Positions 7,099 to 15,527 are shown, counted from the stretch's first letter. The stretch: DNA of 24,000 bases from Clostridiales bacterium (GCA_012719745.1 JAAXZS010000189.1:2480-26479), one strand, 5' to 3'. Translations and numbers: made by a program. Notes: generated by a model from the letters alone, not told the origin.

Positions 7099-7127
7099 TT
7101 GATAAGAAGCCGCCGGCCTGCTATAAT
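7099..7127 (+). promoter_or_regulatory. Candidate sigma-A promoter (extended -10)
   Basis: TTGATA (7099-7104), 17 nt, TATAAT (7122-7127) preceded by TGC. Confidence 0.5.
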
Positions 7128-7169
7128 GGTAAGCTGTCAGAGATTTTATGTGAAAAGGAGCATATGGTT

Positions 7170-8096
7170 ATGCGGGTCATCGACATTGAAAATATCAACT
7201 ACAACATGAAGAACGACACACAGTTTGTTTTGCGCTGTGAGGAGGTCTTTCACGATAAGATCAGCGCGGCGGTGGGCACCATTCTCTCCGGCAAAAAGGA
7301 TAAGCCCATTGTGGCGCTCACCGGCCCCTCCGGCTCCGGAAAGACCACCACAGCCATGCGGCTGCAAAAATATCTGGAAAACCTGGGCGTAAAGGTCTGC
7401 ATGCTGAGTATGGACAATTTTTTCCTGCCCTTGGATCAAAGACCGCCGGAGGCGACGGACTGGGAATCCCCCTACTGCGTCAACCGGGATCTGCTGGTCT
7501 CCTGCATTGAGCGTCTGGCGGACGGGCGGGAGGTGGATATCCCTTGGTATGATTTTAAGACCGGCAACACCGGCGGCTACAACAAGATGCAGGGCAGCAA
7601 GGACGCCATTATCATCGCCGAGGGCATTCATATGCTGAACCCTCTGATTTTTGATAAGCTTCGCGGAGAGGCCAACGGCATCTATGTGGCGCCCCGCACC
7701 CGTATCATTACCGCTGACGACAAGATTGTCCGCCCCGAGCAGCTGCGTGTGGCGCGGCGCATGATCCGCGACTACAATACAAGAGGCCATTCCCTGCGGG
7801 ATACCGTGATCCGGGCGGAGAGCGTGGACCGGGGGGAAGTCAATTATATCCAGCCCCATAAGAACAACGCCTCCATCCACATTGATACCTTCCATGACTA
7901 CGAGCCGTGCATCCTCTCCCAGTATCTCAAGGAGATTCCTCAGTTCCGGGAGGAGCTGGACGACACCTTTGTGGAAGAGCACGGCCTCACCGACCTCATG
8001 CACATTGTGGACAGCGTGCCTCCCCTGCGGACGCCCTTCGTTCCGCTGGACTCCATCGTCCGGGAGTTTGTGGGCGGCAGCTGCTTCCAATATTGA
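7170..8096 (+). CDS. Uridine kinase / PRK-family P-loop nucleoside kinase-like protein
   Basis: Walker A VALTGPSGSGKTTTA, then LSMDNFF and IIIAEGIH, as in the Udk/PRK family. GGAG at 7157-7160 favours ATG 7170 (9-nt spacing) over the track start 7164 (3-nt spacing). The ~100-aa C-terminal extension is not recognised. Confidence 0.75.
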   Translation: MRVIDIENINYNMKNDTQFVLRCEEVFHDKISAAVGTILSGKKDKPIVALTGPSGSGKTTTAMRLQKYLENLGVKVCMLSMDNFFLPLDQRPPEATDWESPYCVNRDLLVSCIERLADGREVDIPWYDFKTGNTGGYNKMQGSKDAIIIAEGIHMLNPLIFDKLRGEANGIYVAPRTRIITADDKIVRPEQLRVARRMIRDYNTRGHSLRDTVIRAESVDRGEVNYIQPHKNNASIHIDTFHDYEPCILSQYLKEIPQFREELDDTFVEEHGLTDLMHIVDSVPPLRTPFVPLDSIVREFVGGSCFQY

Positions 8097-8104
8097 AAAG
8101 GCTG

Positions 8105-8141
8105 AAAAACACGGTCTCCCATCCAGGAGACCGTGTTTTTT
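8105..8141 (+). terminator. Rho-independent terminator
   Basis: AAAACACGGTCTCC / GGAGACCGTGTTTT form a perfect stem with loop CATCCA, followed by a T7 run. Confidence 0.8.
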
Positions 8142-8188
8142 AATTGACAGACAATTCAAAGAAATTTTCCAAAATATGACAAAATTTG

Positions 8189-8217
8189 TTGTCTTTGGAA
8201 AAGACTGATGATATAAT
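8189..8217 (+). promoter_or_regulatory. Candidate sigma-A promoter of the large c-di-GMP signalling gene
   Basis: TTGTCT (8189-8194), 17 nt, TATAAT (8212-8217). Confidence 0.4.
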
Positions 8218-8279
8218 AAAAAAGCATTATTTTGAAGCCATACGATGCAGATGGCAAAGAAAAGCAGGTGAGGCAAATC

Positions 8280-11200
8280 ATGAATCCGCAAAAACGCATA
8301 CTGGTCGTGGACGATCAGCCGATCAACCGAAAGATCCTGTTTCGGTTTTTATCCAATGCCTACACTGTATTGGAGGCGGAAAACGGCCGCCAGGCACTGG
8401 ATATTCTCAATACACAGGGGGAAACTCTGTCGGCTGTTCTACTGGATCTGGTGATGCCGGATCTGGACGGATACGATGTGCTCAAAACCATGCAGCGTGA
8501 CCCCACGCTCTCGGCCATCCCGGTGATTGTCGTCTCCCAGTCGGACAAGGGGGAAACGGAGGCGAAGGCACTGCAGCTGGGGGCCCGGGACTTTATTTCC
8601 AAGCCCTATAATCCCGGTGTGCTGCGTCGCCGGCTTGCCAATCTGATCGAACTCCATGAATCAAATCTCTGCATCGGGCGCATTGAGCATGATACGCTGA
8701 CTGGGACCTATAATAAAGATGCCTTCTGCCGCCGTGCGGCAGAAATGATCTCTGAGCATCCCACCCATTATTTCCTGCTGGTGGCTACGGACATCGAACG
8801 ATTTAAGCTCATCAACGACAGCTTTGGAACGGCGGAGGGCGATAAGCTTCTGCACTATGTGGGGCAGCGACTGCAGGCGGAAATGCAGAAGGTGGGCGGT
8901 ATTTGCGCGCGCCACAGCGCCGACCATTTTGTGGCGCTGGTACCGACATCAGCGGATGATGGCGGTCTTCATTCGGTAATAAAGCGGGCCGAGGAAGATA
9001 TAAACGGTTACCCGCTGAAGATGCATATAACGCTGAAATTCGGAATTTACCCCGTCAATGATTTGCGCATACCGGTGTCGCTGATGTGCGACCGGGCGCT
9101 TCTGGCGTCCGACAGCGCCAAAAACCGGTATGACCATCCCTGCGCCTACTATGATGATACCATCCGTCAGAAGCTGCTGCTGGAGCAGCAGATTACCGAT
9201 GAAATGAAACGGGCCCTTAAGAGGGGGCAGTTTCAGGTTTACCTCCAGCCGAAGTACGATCTGCTCAGTGAACGCATTGCCGGGGCGGAGGCACTGGTTC
9301 GCTGGATGCATCCCAAGCTGGGCTTTCTCGCCCCGGACGCGTTTATTCCTCTTTTTGAAAAAAACGGCTTTATTACGGAGCTTGACAACTATGTCTGGGA
9401 TCAGACCTGCCGCCTGATTGCCGACTGGATTGCCCGGGGAGGCAAATATGTACCGGTGTCCGTCAATGTATCCCGTCGTGATATTTATCGGGAAAATTTG
9501 CCGGAACTATTTTCGGCGCTGGTAAAAAAGTACGGTCTTCAACCGTGTCAGCTGCATCTGGAGATTACGGAGACGGCCTATGCGGAAAATCCTGCTCAGC
9601 TGATTTCCGTGGTAAGTCGGCTAAAAAAACTGGGCTTTACCATTGAAATGGACGATTTTGGCAGCGGATATTCCTCACTGAACATGCTCTCGGAGCTGCC
9701 GATCGACGTGCTGAAGCTGGATATGCACCTGATCCAGCGGGAGACCGGCAAGAAGAATGACCGCAATATTCTCAGCTTCATCATTAGTCTGGCCAAATGG
9801 ATGAACCTGCTGGTGGTGGCAGAGGGCGTGGAGACCCGGCAACAGGTGGAGGTGCTGCGAAATCTGGACTGCAATTATGTGCAGGGATATTACTATGCAA
9901 AGCCCATGCCGGCGGAGAAATTTACCTACATTTTGCTCCATTCCAATTTGGCCGATCCTATTTCCGCCGACCGGGAGACCAATGAAACAGATGTGACGCT
10001 GCCGATACACGAACGCGGTGAAATCATGGTGATTGCCGACAAAGCCTGCTCGGATCGGTCGGCGCTGGCAGAGTATTTTCAAAATATTTATACGGTGGTG
10101 GAGACGGAAAACACAGAGGACGCTTACGCCTGCATTCAGAAATATTTCGATCAGGTGTCCGTTTTACTGCTGGATACAAGCATTGCCGGACAGGACAGGG
10201 ACAGCTTCATCAAAAAGCTGCGGGCCAATGCGCTCTACAGAGATATTCCCGTGATCCTGACTGGCTGCGGCGATGAGCGGCAGGCTTTTGCACAGGGAGC
10301 CAGCGAATTCCTGACAAAACCCTATCACATGGACATTGCCCTGCATCGGGTGCAGAATGTAACAGCGCACAACACCATTCAGCTGCTGGAGCGGGAAAAA
10401 CAAATGCTCAGCCGGATCAGGACCCTCTCTCAGGAGGTCAAAATGGACGCGATGACAGGGCTTCTGAACCGAACGGAAATGGAGAACCAGATTGAGGAGC
10501 TCCTTTCCCGGGAGAAGCACGGCATATTTATGACCCTTGACATCGACAATTTCAAAACCATTAATGATACTTACGGCCATGGAAAAGGGGACACGGTGCT
10601 GCTTCTTGTGACAGAGACATTGCGACAGCATACCCAGTCTGGGGCGCTTCTGTGCCGCATGGGCGGCGATGAGTTTGCCGTGTTCATTCCCGCTCGTCTG
10701 ACCAGAACCAAAATAGAAAAAATGGCGGCTCGACTGTTAAATGCGCTTGAGCTGCACGTGGAAAATATCAACCTTTCCTGTTCTGTGGGCATCAGCGTAG
10801 CGCCGGAGAACGGGGAGAGCTATAAGGAGTTGTACCACAACGCGGATATGGCGCTGCTGACAGCCAAGCGGCTGGGCAAAAATCAGTTTCAGTTTTATGA
10901 TGGTCTCCAGGAGCTGCCCGATCGGATACTGTATCGCAATCTGGACTGGATTCTGGACGAAGCCAGCGACGCCGTGTATATCTGCGATGCTGACAGCTAT
11001 GAGCTGTTTTATGTCAATGATGTGGTTTCCACATGGACGGGCAAATCCAAAAAGCAATGCATGGGAAAACCGTGTTACCGGGCCATTTGGGGTCTGGATC
11101 ATCCCTGCAATCACTGCGTGCCTCTGGAGAAGATGGAGCGCAGCTACTGCGAGCATGAGTTTGAAGACGCAGGGCAGGGTCGGCACTTTATTACAAAGGG

Positions 11201-13238
11201 AAAGCTGGTGGACTGGGGCGACAGAAAGGCCCGCATCCAGTATGTACAGGATAACACCCACCGGGCAAAGCTGTTGCATCAGATGGAGGAGCTGTCGGAG
11301 GACAGACGCCTGTTGCTGGATCTGCTGCCCGGCGGCCTGCTGCGCTATCAGGCGTATACCCACAGCTTCAGCTTTGTCAGTGAAAGCACGCTTCACATGC
11401 TGGGTTATACCCGCCCGGAATTTGAAGCGCAGTTCAGCGGCTCCTATGACAATTTCATTTATGAAGCGGACCGCGGCATTGCCCCCGCCCTCCGCGGTGA
11501 ATATGCCAACCGGACCTATAGGATCCGACGTCGGGACGGATCACTGGCCAGTGTGTACGAGACGGCCTATTTTCACCCCACACCCACGGGCGGCGAGACC
11601 TATGTCATGCTCACCGATGTGACGGAGCAGCATGCGGTGGAGGAAGAAAACCGCCGCCTGACAGAACGTCTGGAGGCTGTAGTCAATAACGTACCGGGTG
11701 GCGTCTGCCTCTATCAGTCCGATGGGCGGACAATCACCCCATTGCTGACCAGCCGGGAATACCTCAATTTGATGGGGCTGACGGATGAGGAAAATAGACA
11801 GGCGTTTGCCACCAATGATTTCTCTCTGGTGACGCCGGAGTACCGGGCGGATTTTACACAAGGACTGCGGGCCGCCTTTGCTGACGGCGGGTATCTGCAT
11901 ATGGTCTATCGCTGCCGTCACGCCAAAACCGGCAAGCTGTTCTGGGTTTCTCTCACTGGCAGCGTGGTGCCGCAGGAGGATGGTTCCCGTTTGGGCTTCG
12001 TGGCCTATGCCGATGTAACGCAGCAGATGCGGCGGGAGGAAAAACTTGAAGAGGTCAGCCGCGTCCTGCAGGAGCAGCGAGATATGCTCTCGGCCGCCAT
12101 GGCCCACAGCGGAATTCTCAGCTGGGAATACAATTTTGAAACCAAAACGGCGGAGTTGTGCGGCCATACCCAGCAGCTCGACACCATGCCGGAGCGCCTT
12201 TCTCCTATGCCGGAAGCGTGGCTTGCATCGGGAAAAATGGATGCCTCCTACAATGACGCTTATTGCGCAATGCTCCACTCCCTGCGGAACAACGAAAGCG
12301 CGTCCCTGAAGGTGGAGCTGCTCCGTCCCGGGGAAAAGACCAAAGCCTGGTATAAAATGATGTATACGGTAATCCGCCGTAATCAGGCCGGAGAGCCGCT
12401 TTTGGCCATCGGGACGGCCATTGACATCAGCGAGCAGAAACTGGCGGAGCAGCGGTACGACGAAGAAGTCTCGTTTCTGGCGTCCCTCAGCTCCAAACTG
12501 GTTTCGGCCTTTCGCATTGATCTGACCACGGGCCTTGTGGAAGAAGCTCACTCAGCGCTGTATCTGGTGGAAGATCCGCTGCACTTTGTCTTCAGTGACG
12601 ATAGCCTTACGGACCTGTGCCGGCGTTTCATCCCCAATGAGGAGGAGCGCCGCCGCTGCCGGGAGATGATGATTCCGTCCCGTCTGTTGAAGGATTTTGA
12701 AACGGGCATTACCGAGCAAACCTGTGAATATGCTGTGCGGCTTAAAAACGGTCGTCTCTGCTGGATATCCATGCAGCTTAAGATGATGCGCAAGCCGGGT
12801 ACAGAGAAAGTCACGGGCTTTTTCAGCTTCTGGAATATTCATCAGGAAAAAATGCTGGAAAAGGTGGTTCAGGCGCTGATTAAAACGGAATACGATGCCA
12901 TCTGTACCATTGACGCCGCCACCGGCTATCCCAGCATTTTTCACGGCGATATATTCCAGCGGATTCGCGACAGGCAAAGAGCGCTGGGCGATTCGGAGGC
13001 GGGGGTTGTGGCCGATCTGCAAGCGACCTGCTACCCACCCGACCTGGAACGTGCCGTTGCGGAGACAAAGATCCAATTTGTCCGTCAGGCGCTTTCCCAC
13101 ACTGCCGTCCATACGGTGACATACCGGGAAGATACCGGCAAGGGTCTTCGTTCCAAACGGGTGGAATACAGATATCTGGATGAGTCGCACACCGCCATTC
13201 TTTGTACCATCCAGACGCATGAGGAGCCTTTTCTCTGA
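8280..13238 (+). CDS. Multidomain c-di-GMP signalling protein: REC - degenerate GGDEF - EAL - REC - GGDEF - C-terminal PAS array (1652 aa)
   Basis: Start ATG 8280 has an AGGTGAGG RBS; the track start 8232 is rejected.
- REC1, ~8292-8645: ILVVDDQ, acceptor Asp in LLDLVMPD at 8445-8447, SKPY Lys.
- GGDEF1, ~8688-9165: SADHF (8916-8930) replaces GGDEF.
- EAL, ~9190-9930: EALVRW at 9288, EITE, DDFGSGYSSL, KLD, AEGVET, QGYYYAKP all present.
- REC2, ~10020-10365: LLLDTS Asp at 10173, LTG, TKPY.
- GGDEF2, ~10444-10905: intact GGDEF at 10662-10676.
- Remainder, ~10940-13230: four clear PAS-like modules plus about two more divergent ones. Confidence 0.9.
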   Translation: MNPQKRILVVDDQPINRKILFRFLSNAYTVLEAENGRQALDILNTQGETLSAVLLDLVMPDLDGYDVLKTMQRDPTLSAIPVIVVSQSDKGETEAKALQLGARDFISKPYNPGVLRRRLANLIELHESNLCIGRIEHDTLTGTYNKDAFCRRAAEMISEHPTHYFLLVATDIERFKLINDSFGTAEGDKLLHYVGQRLQAEMQKVGGICARHSADHFVALVPTSADDGGLHSVIKRAEEDINGYPLKMHITLKFGIYPVNDLRIPVSLMCDRALLASDSAKNRYDHPCAYYDDTIRQKLLLEQQITDEMKRALKRGQFQVYLQPKYDLLSERIAGAEALVRWMHPKLGFLAPDAFIPLFEKNGFITELDNYVWDQTCRLIADWIARGGKYVPVSVNVSRRDIYRENLPELFSALVKKYGLQPCQLHLEITETAYAENPAQLISVVSRLKKLGFTIEMDDFGSGYSSLNMLSELPIDVLKLDMHLIQRETGKKNDRNILSFIISLAKWMNLLVVAEGVETRQQVEVLRNLDCNYVQGYYYAKPMPAEKFTYILLHSNLADPISADRETNETDVTLPIHERGEIMVIADKACSDRSALAEYFQNIYTVVETENTEDAYACIQKYFDQVSVLLLDTSIAGQDRDSFIKKLRANALYRDIPVILTGCGDERQAFAQGASEFLTKPYHMDIALHRVQNVTAHNTIQLLEREKQMLSRIRTLSQEVKMDAMTGLLNRTEMENQIEELLSREKHGIFMTLDIDNFKTINDTYGHGKGDTVLLLVTETLRQHTQSGALLCRMGGDEFAVFIPARLTRTKIEKMAARLLNALELHVENINLSCSVGISVAPENGESYKELYHNADMALLTAKRLGKNQFQFYDGLQELPDRILYRNLDWILDEASDAVYICDADSYELFYVNDVVSTWTGKSKKQCMGKPCYRAIWGLDHPCNHCVPLEKMERSYCEHEFEDAGQGRHFITKGKLVDWGDRKARIQYVQDNTHRAKLLHQMEELSEDRRLLLDLLPGGLLRYQAYTHSFSFVSESTLHMLGYTRPEFEAQFSGSYDNFIYEADRGIAPALRGEYANRTYRIRRRDGSLASVYETAYFHPTPTGGETYVMLTDVTEQHAVEEENRRLTERLEAVVNNVPGGVCLYQSDGRTITPLLTSREYLNLMGLTDEENRQAFATNDFSLVTPEYRADFTQGLRAAFADGGYLHMVYRCRHAKTGKLFWVSLTGSVVPQEDGSRLGFVAYADVTQQMRREEKLEEVSRVLQEQRDMLSAAMAHSGILSWEYNFETKTAELCGHTQQLDTMPERLSPMPEAWLASGKMDASYNDAYCAMLHSLRNNESASLKVELLRPGEKTKAWYKMMYTVIRRNQAGEPLLAIGTAIDISEQKLAEQRYDEEVSFLASLSSKLVSAFRIDLTTGLVEEAHSALYLVEDPLHFVFSDDSLTDLCRRFIPNEEERRRCREMMIPSRLLKDFETGITEQTCEYAVRLKNGRLCWISMQLKMMRKPGTEKVTGFFSFWNIHQEKMLEKVVQALIKTEYDAICTIDAATGYPSIFHGDIFQRIRDRQRALGDSEAGVVADLQATCYPPDLERAVAETKIQFVRQALSHTAVHTVTYREDTGKGLRSKRVEYRYLDESHTAILCTIQTHEEPFL

Positions 13239-13461
13239 AAGTTTTTATCCGACTTATGTCCCGGCCGCCTTTCATGCCGATAGACAGTCTGCGCAGGAGG
13301 GAGTTATTCACTTTTTGTGTATAAAGTAAAATAAAATTCATTAAAATACCATCTATTTGGGATGCATGGCGAAATTGCACGCATCTGTGAGCGCGTGACG
13401 AATATATCAAACAATTGTGCTCAGATGTATACAGATATTCGCTCAAATAAAGGGCAAGCAC

Positions 13462-13490
13462 TTGTATTTCCACAGTGGACATGGTATAAT
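13462..13490 (+). promoter_or_regulatory. Candidate sigma-A promoter (extended -10) of the agr-containing operon
   Basis: TTGTAT (13462-13467), 17 nt, TATAAT (13485-13490) preceded by TGG. It lies in a 337-nt AT-rich intergenic region, ~85 nt upstream of ATG 13576. Confidence 0.5.
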
Positions 13491-13575
13491 ATTTGCATGT
13501 TTAAACGAGATAAAAAGAACGAAACGCGGGCATAAACAATATTTCACCAATAACGGATGTACATGGGGGACGGAT

Positions 13576-14121
13576 ATGCTGCCATTTATCCTGCTGCCGC
13601 TTTTATGGGCGCACATTCGCCGGCATCCACTCCGGCCGCTGCTGAAGGCGTGGGATCTGCTGCCCCTGCTGGCCATAGAACTGATCCATGTTTTTTTTCA
13701 GATCAGCTGCTTTGCCGGTAATACCCGCTGGATCGGGCTGGGGCGCTATTTGCAGTGGGCGCTTCTTCTTTCGCTTCTCGTCCCCATTCTGCGCCGTCGG
13801 TTGTATAAGCCGGCGCTGTGGGGAGCCGGTTGTACGATAGTGGGCAGCCTGCTCAACCGTGTGGTGATGGCGGCCAACGGCGGACAGATGCCCGTCTGGC
13901 CGACGCTCTCTCAGTGGACGGGCTACTGCACCCGGGAAACGCTTTCTCTTGGCCTTGATAAGGTGCATATCCTGATGACCGAGGGTGCCAGACTGACTTT
14001 TTTAGGTGACTACATTGATTTGGGTTGGTGCATCCTTAGCCCCGGCGATGTGCTGAACCATCTGTTTGTTTCCATTATTGTGTATTATACGGTACTGTCC
14101 TTTGAGCGGACAGAAAAATAA
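13576..14121 (+). CDS. DUF5317-like integral membrane protein
   Basis: Internal ATG 13576 with a GGGGGA RBS is preferred; the track start 13417 lies upstream of the promoter. 181 aa and multi-TM. The motifs ANGGQMPVW and ILSPGDVL match my recollection of the clostridial DUF5317 family (NGGKMPV ... S-x-GD-hL). Not verifiable here. Confidence 0.6.
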   Translation: MLPFILLPLLWAHIRRHPLRPLLKAWDLLPLLAIELIHVFFQISCFAGNTRWIGLGRYLQWALLLSLLVPILRRRLYKPALWGAGCTIVGSLLNRVVMAANGGQMPVWPTLSQWTGYCTRETLSLGLDKVHILMTEGARLTFLGDYIDLGWCILSPGDVLNHLFVSIIVYYTVLSFERTEK

Positions 14122-14146
14122 TTTTGCCGGAAAGGGAATGGTGCCA

Positions 14147-14701
14147 ATGGAATATCTGCTTCTCTTTTTAACGGACGGCATTATGGGCTATTTTTTACAG
14201 GGCGTGGGATACCTGCTGGGTGTATTTGCCAGCGTCAAACGCAAAATCACCTTCCGCGAGTTTGTTCCCATGGCCGCCCTTTACGGGCTGGTGGCCTTTG
14301 GCATCCGCAAGATCAATGTGATCAGTTTCGGCTTTCACACAATTCTCATCATGATTGCCATCATCCTTCTGGCGGTTTTACTGCTTAAGACGCCCACCTT
14401 CATGACGGTGGTGGGAATCCTCATCTCCTCGGTGGCCATTCTGGTGGCGGAGGTTATCAATATGGCTGTTCTATCCGGTATTTTTGGCTATCCGGCGATG
14501 ATGGCGATCTTGGCTGGTGACGGTACCATTTACGGTGAGATCAATAAGGCTGTTGCCGGCATTCCCACCAACCTGATCCTGCTCATCATCATGTTCATTA
14601 CGTATAAGCTTCGGATGAAGCCTAAGAAGGAGCATGGTTCACATGGAGCAATTGGCACACAGGTGGGCACAAAAAATCGGGACGACACTGGGAACGGATG
14701 A
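14147..14701 (+). CDS. Hypothetical polytopic membrane protein (about 5 TM helices, no soluble domain)
   Basis: ATG 14147 lies 9 nt after GGGA; ATG 14138 is an alternative. Hydrophobic segments include FLQGVGYLLGVFA, FVPMAALYGLVAFGI, FHTILIMIAIILLAVLLL, FMTVVGILISSVAILVAEVINMAVL and IPTNLILLIIMFITY. The basic/Gly-rich tail overlaps the agrB start by 59 nt. No family recognised. Confidence 0.55.
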   Translation: MEYLLLFLTDGIMGYFLQGVGYLLGVFASVKRKITFREFVPMAALYGLVAFGIRKINVISFGFHTILIMIAIILLAVLLLKTPTFMTVVGILISSVAILVAEVINMAVLSGIFGYPAMMAILAGDGTIYGEINKAVAGIPTNLILLIIMFITYKLRMKPKKEHGSHGAIGTQVGTKNRDDTGNG

Positions 14702-15275
14702 AGAGCGCATTGCGGTCATGGCCTACGGCCTGACAGCGCTTTTGCAGTTGGTTCTTATTTTCCTGGCGGCTGCGCTGCTGGGATGGGCCCTGGGCTTTTT
14801 TGGAGAAAGCATGATCGTGTTCTTCTCTGTGGGCTTTTTACGCCGCCTTATTGGAGGCGCTCATGCCGGCAGCTTCAACGGCTGTCTGGTGGTGAGTATT
14901 TTCTGTATTGGCTTTTTTTCGGCACTGGCGCACTATGTACTGCCGCTGTGTCCCTTCTGGGTTTTGGGTGGAGCGTCACTTGCCATTTATCTGACGGCAG
15001 TTGTCCTGATTGCCCGGCTTGCGCCGGTGGACTCACCCAATAAACCTGTCCGCTCATCTGAAAAGCGGCGGCGGCTGCGCCGCGGTGCTTTTGGCGTGAT
15101 GGTTGCTTTTGTATTGTTGACGGCGGCGGCCCTCTTATGGCAAACCCGGGGTGGAGACTGTGCCCGGTATATCTGGGCGCTTAACCTGTCTGTTTTGTGG
15201 CAGACGACCATGCTGACCGGGTGTGGCAGCCGATTGATTCGCATAGTGGATCTCCGATTTAAGAGACCATTATAA
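14643..15275 (+). CDS. agrB: Accessory gene regulator protein B (AgrB), AgrD-processing membrane endopeptidase
   Basis: The N-terminus LAHRWAQKIG...DEERIAVMAYGLTALLQLVLIFL is AgrB-like. The hallmark LRRLIGGAHAGSFNGC has His (14862-14864) and Cys (14883-14885) spaced 7 residues apart, like the catalytic H77/C84 of S. aureus AgrB. Four or more further TM helices and a basic loop (KRRRLRR) follow. AAGGAG at 14627-14632 favours ATG 14643 over 14634. Confidence 0.85.
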   Translation: MEQLAHRWAQKIGTTLGTDEERIAVMAYGLTALLQLVLIFLAAALLGWALGFFGESMIVFFSVGFLRRLIGGAHAGSFNGCLVVSIFCIGFFSALAHYVLPLCPFWVLGGASLAIYLTAVVLIARLAPVDSPNKPVRSSEKRRRLRRGAFGVMVAFVLLTAAALLWQTRGGDCARYIWALNLSVLWQTTMLTGCGSRLIRIVDLRFKRPL

Positions 15276-15299
15276 TAAAAGGGGAAGGGAGGAAGATTC

Positions 15300-15425
15300 A
15301 TGAAGAAGAAGGCATTGGCGGCTCTGTCCGTTGTAGCGACCCTTGTTGCTACGCTCGCGGCAACCTCTGCTTGTGTCTGGTGGTTTTACCAGCCGGAAGA
15401 GCCGGAATCTCTGAAGAACCTGTGA
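15300..15425 (+). CDS. agrD: AgrD-type autoinducing peptide precursor (41 aa); predicted thiolactone core CVWWF
   Basis: Not in the ORF track, presumably because it is too short. GGGAGGA (15287-15293) lies 6 nt before ATG 15300, which is 24 nt after the agrB stop. Hand translation gives MKKKALAALSVVATLVATLAATSACVWWFYQPEEPESLKNL with stop TGA at 15423-15425. It has a basic/amphipathic leader, a single Cys (15372-15374) and an acidic QPEEPxSL tail. This closely parallels C. perfringens AgrD as I remember it (...TSACLWFTHQPEEPKSLRDE). Confidence 0.8.
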   Translation: MKKKALAALSVVATLVATLAATSACVWWFYQPEEPESLKNL

Positions 15426-15527
15426 TATGAGGAGACGGCTTTGTGAGGGCAGACGAAGTACGGCTTGCCGGACGGCTGGCCTTATGGAGTCTGCTCTCAC
15501 AATTCTTTTATACAAAGGGGGTGCGGT

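Noticed and set aside
8232-8279. N-terminal extensions used by the ORF track (8232, 4107, 13417, 14066, 15465, 18901, 19263)
   Set aside because: The upstream codons start at non-ATG or RBS-less positions. Several lie upstream of the predicted promoters or overlap the preceding gene or terminator. Internal ATGs with good Shine-Dalgarno spacing were preferred.
6064-8291. Long minus-strand ORFs (6064..7095, 7146..8291), and similar ones at 17165..18316 (+), 19310..20080 (-), 20277..21146 (-), 21519..22100 (-) and 21931..22734 (-)
   Set aside because: All lie antisense to confidently identified genes (htpG, the kinase-like gene, the flavoprotein, nusG, rplK/rplA, rplJ, rplL). They have low-complexity, Arg/Gly/His-rich translations typical of GC-biased antisense frames, and they lack RBSs.
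13239-13575. c-di-GMP riboswitch (GEMM-I/II) or AgrA/VirR-type boxes in the long AT-rich region upstream of the agr operon
   Set aside because: The leader downstream of the predicted promoter is only ~85 nt, and I could not find the conserved GEMM helices or tetraloop-receptor motifs. No LytTR-type 9-bp repeats with 12-nt spacing and no VirR boxes were seen. There is only a short tandem CAGATGTAT/CAGATATT (13422-13439), which is too weak to call.
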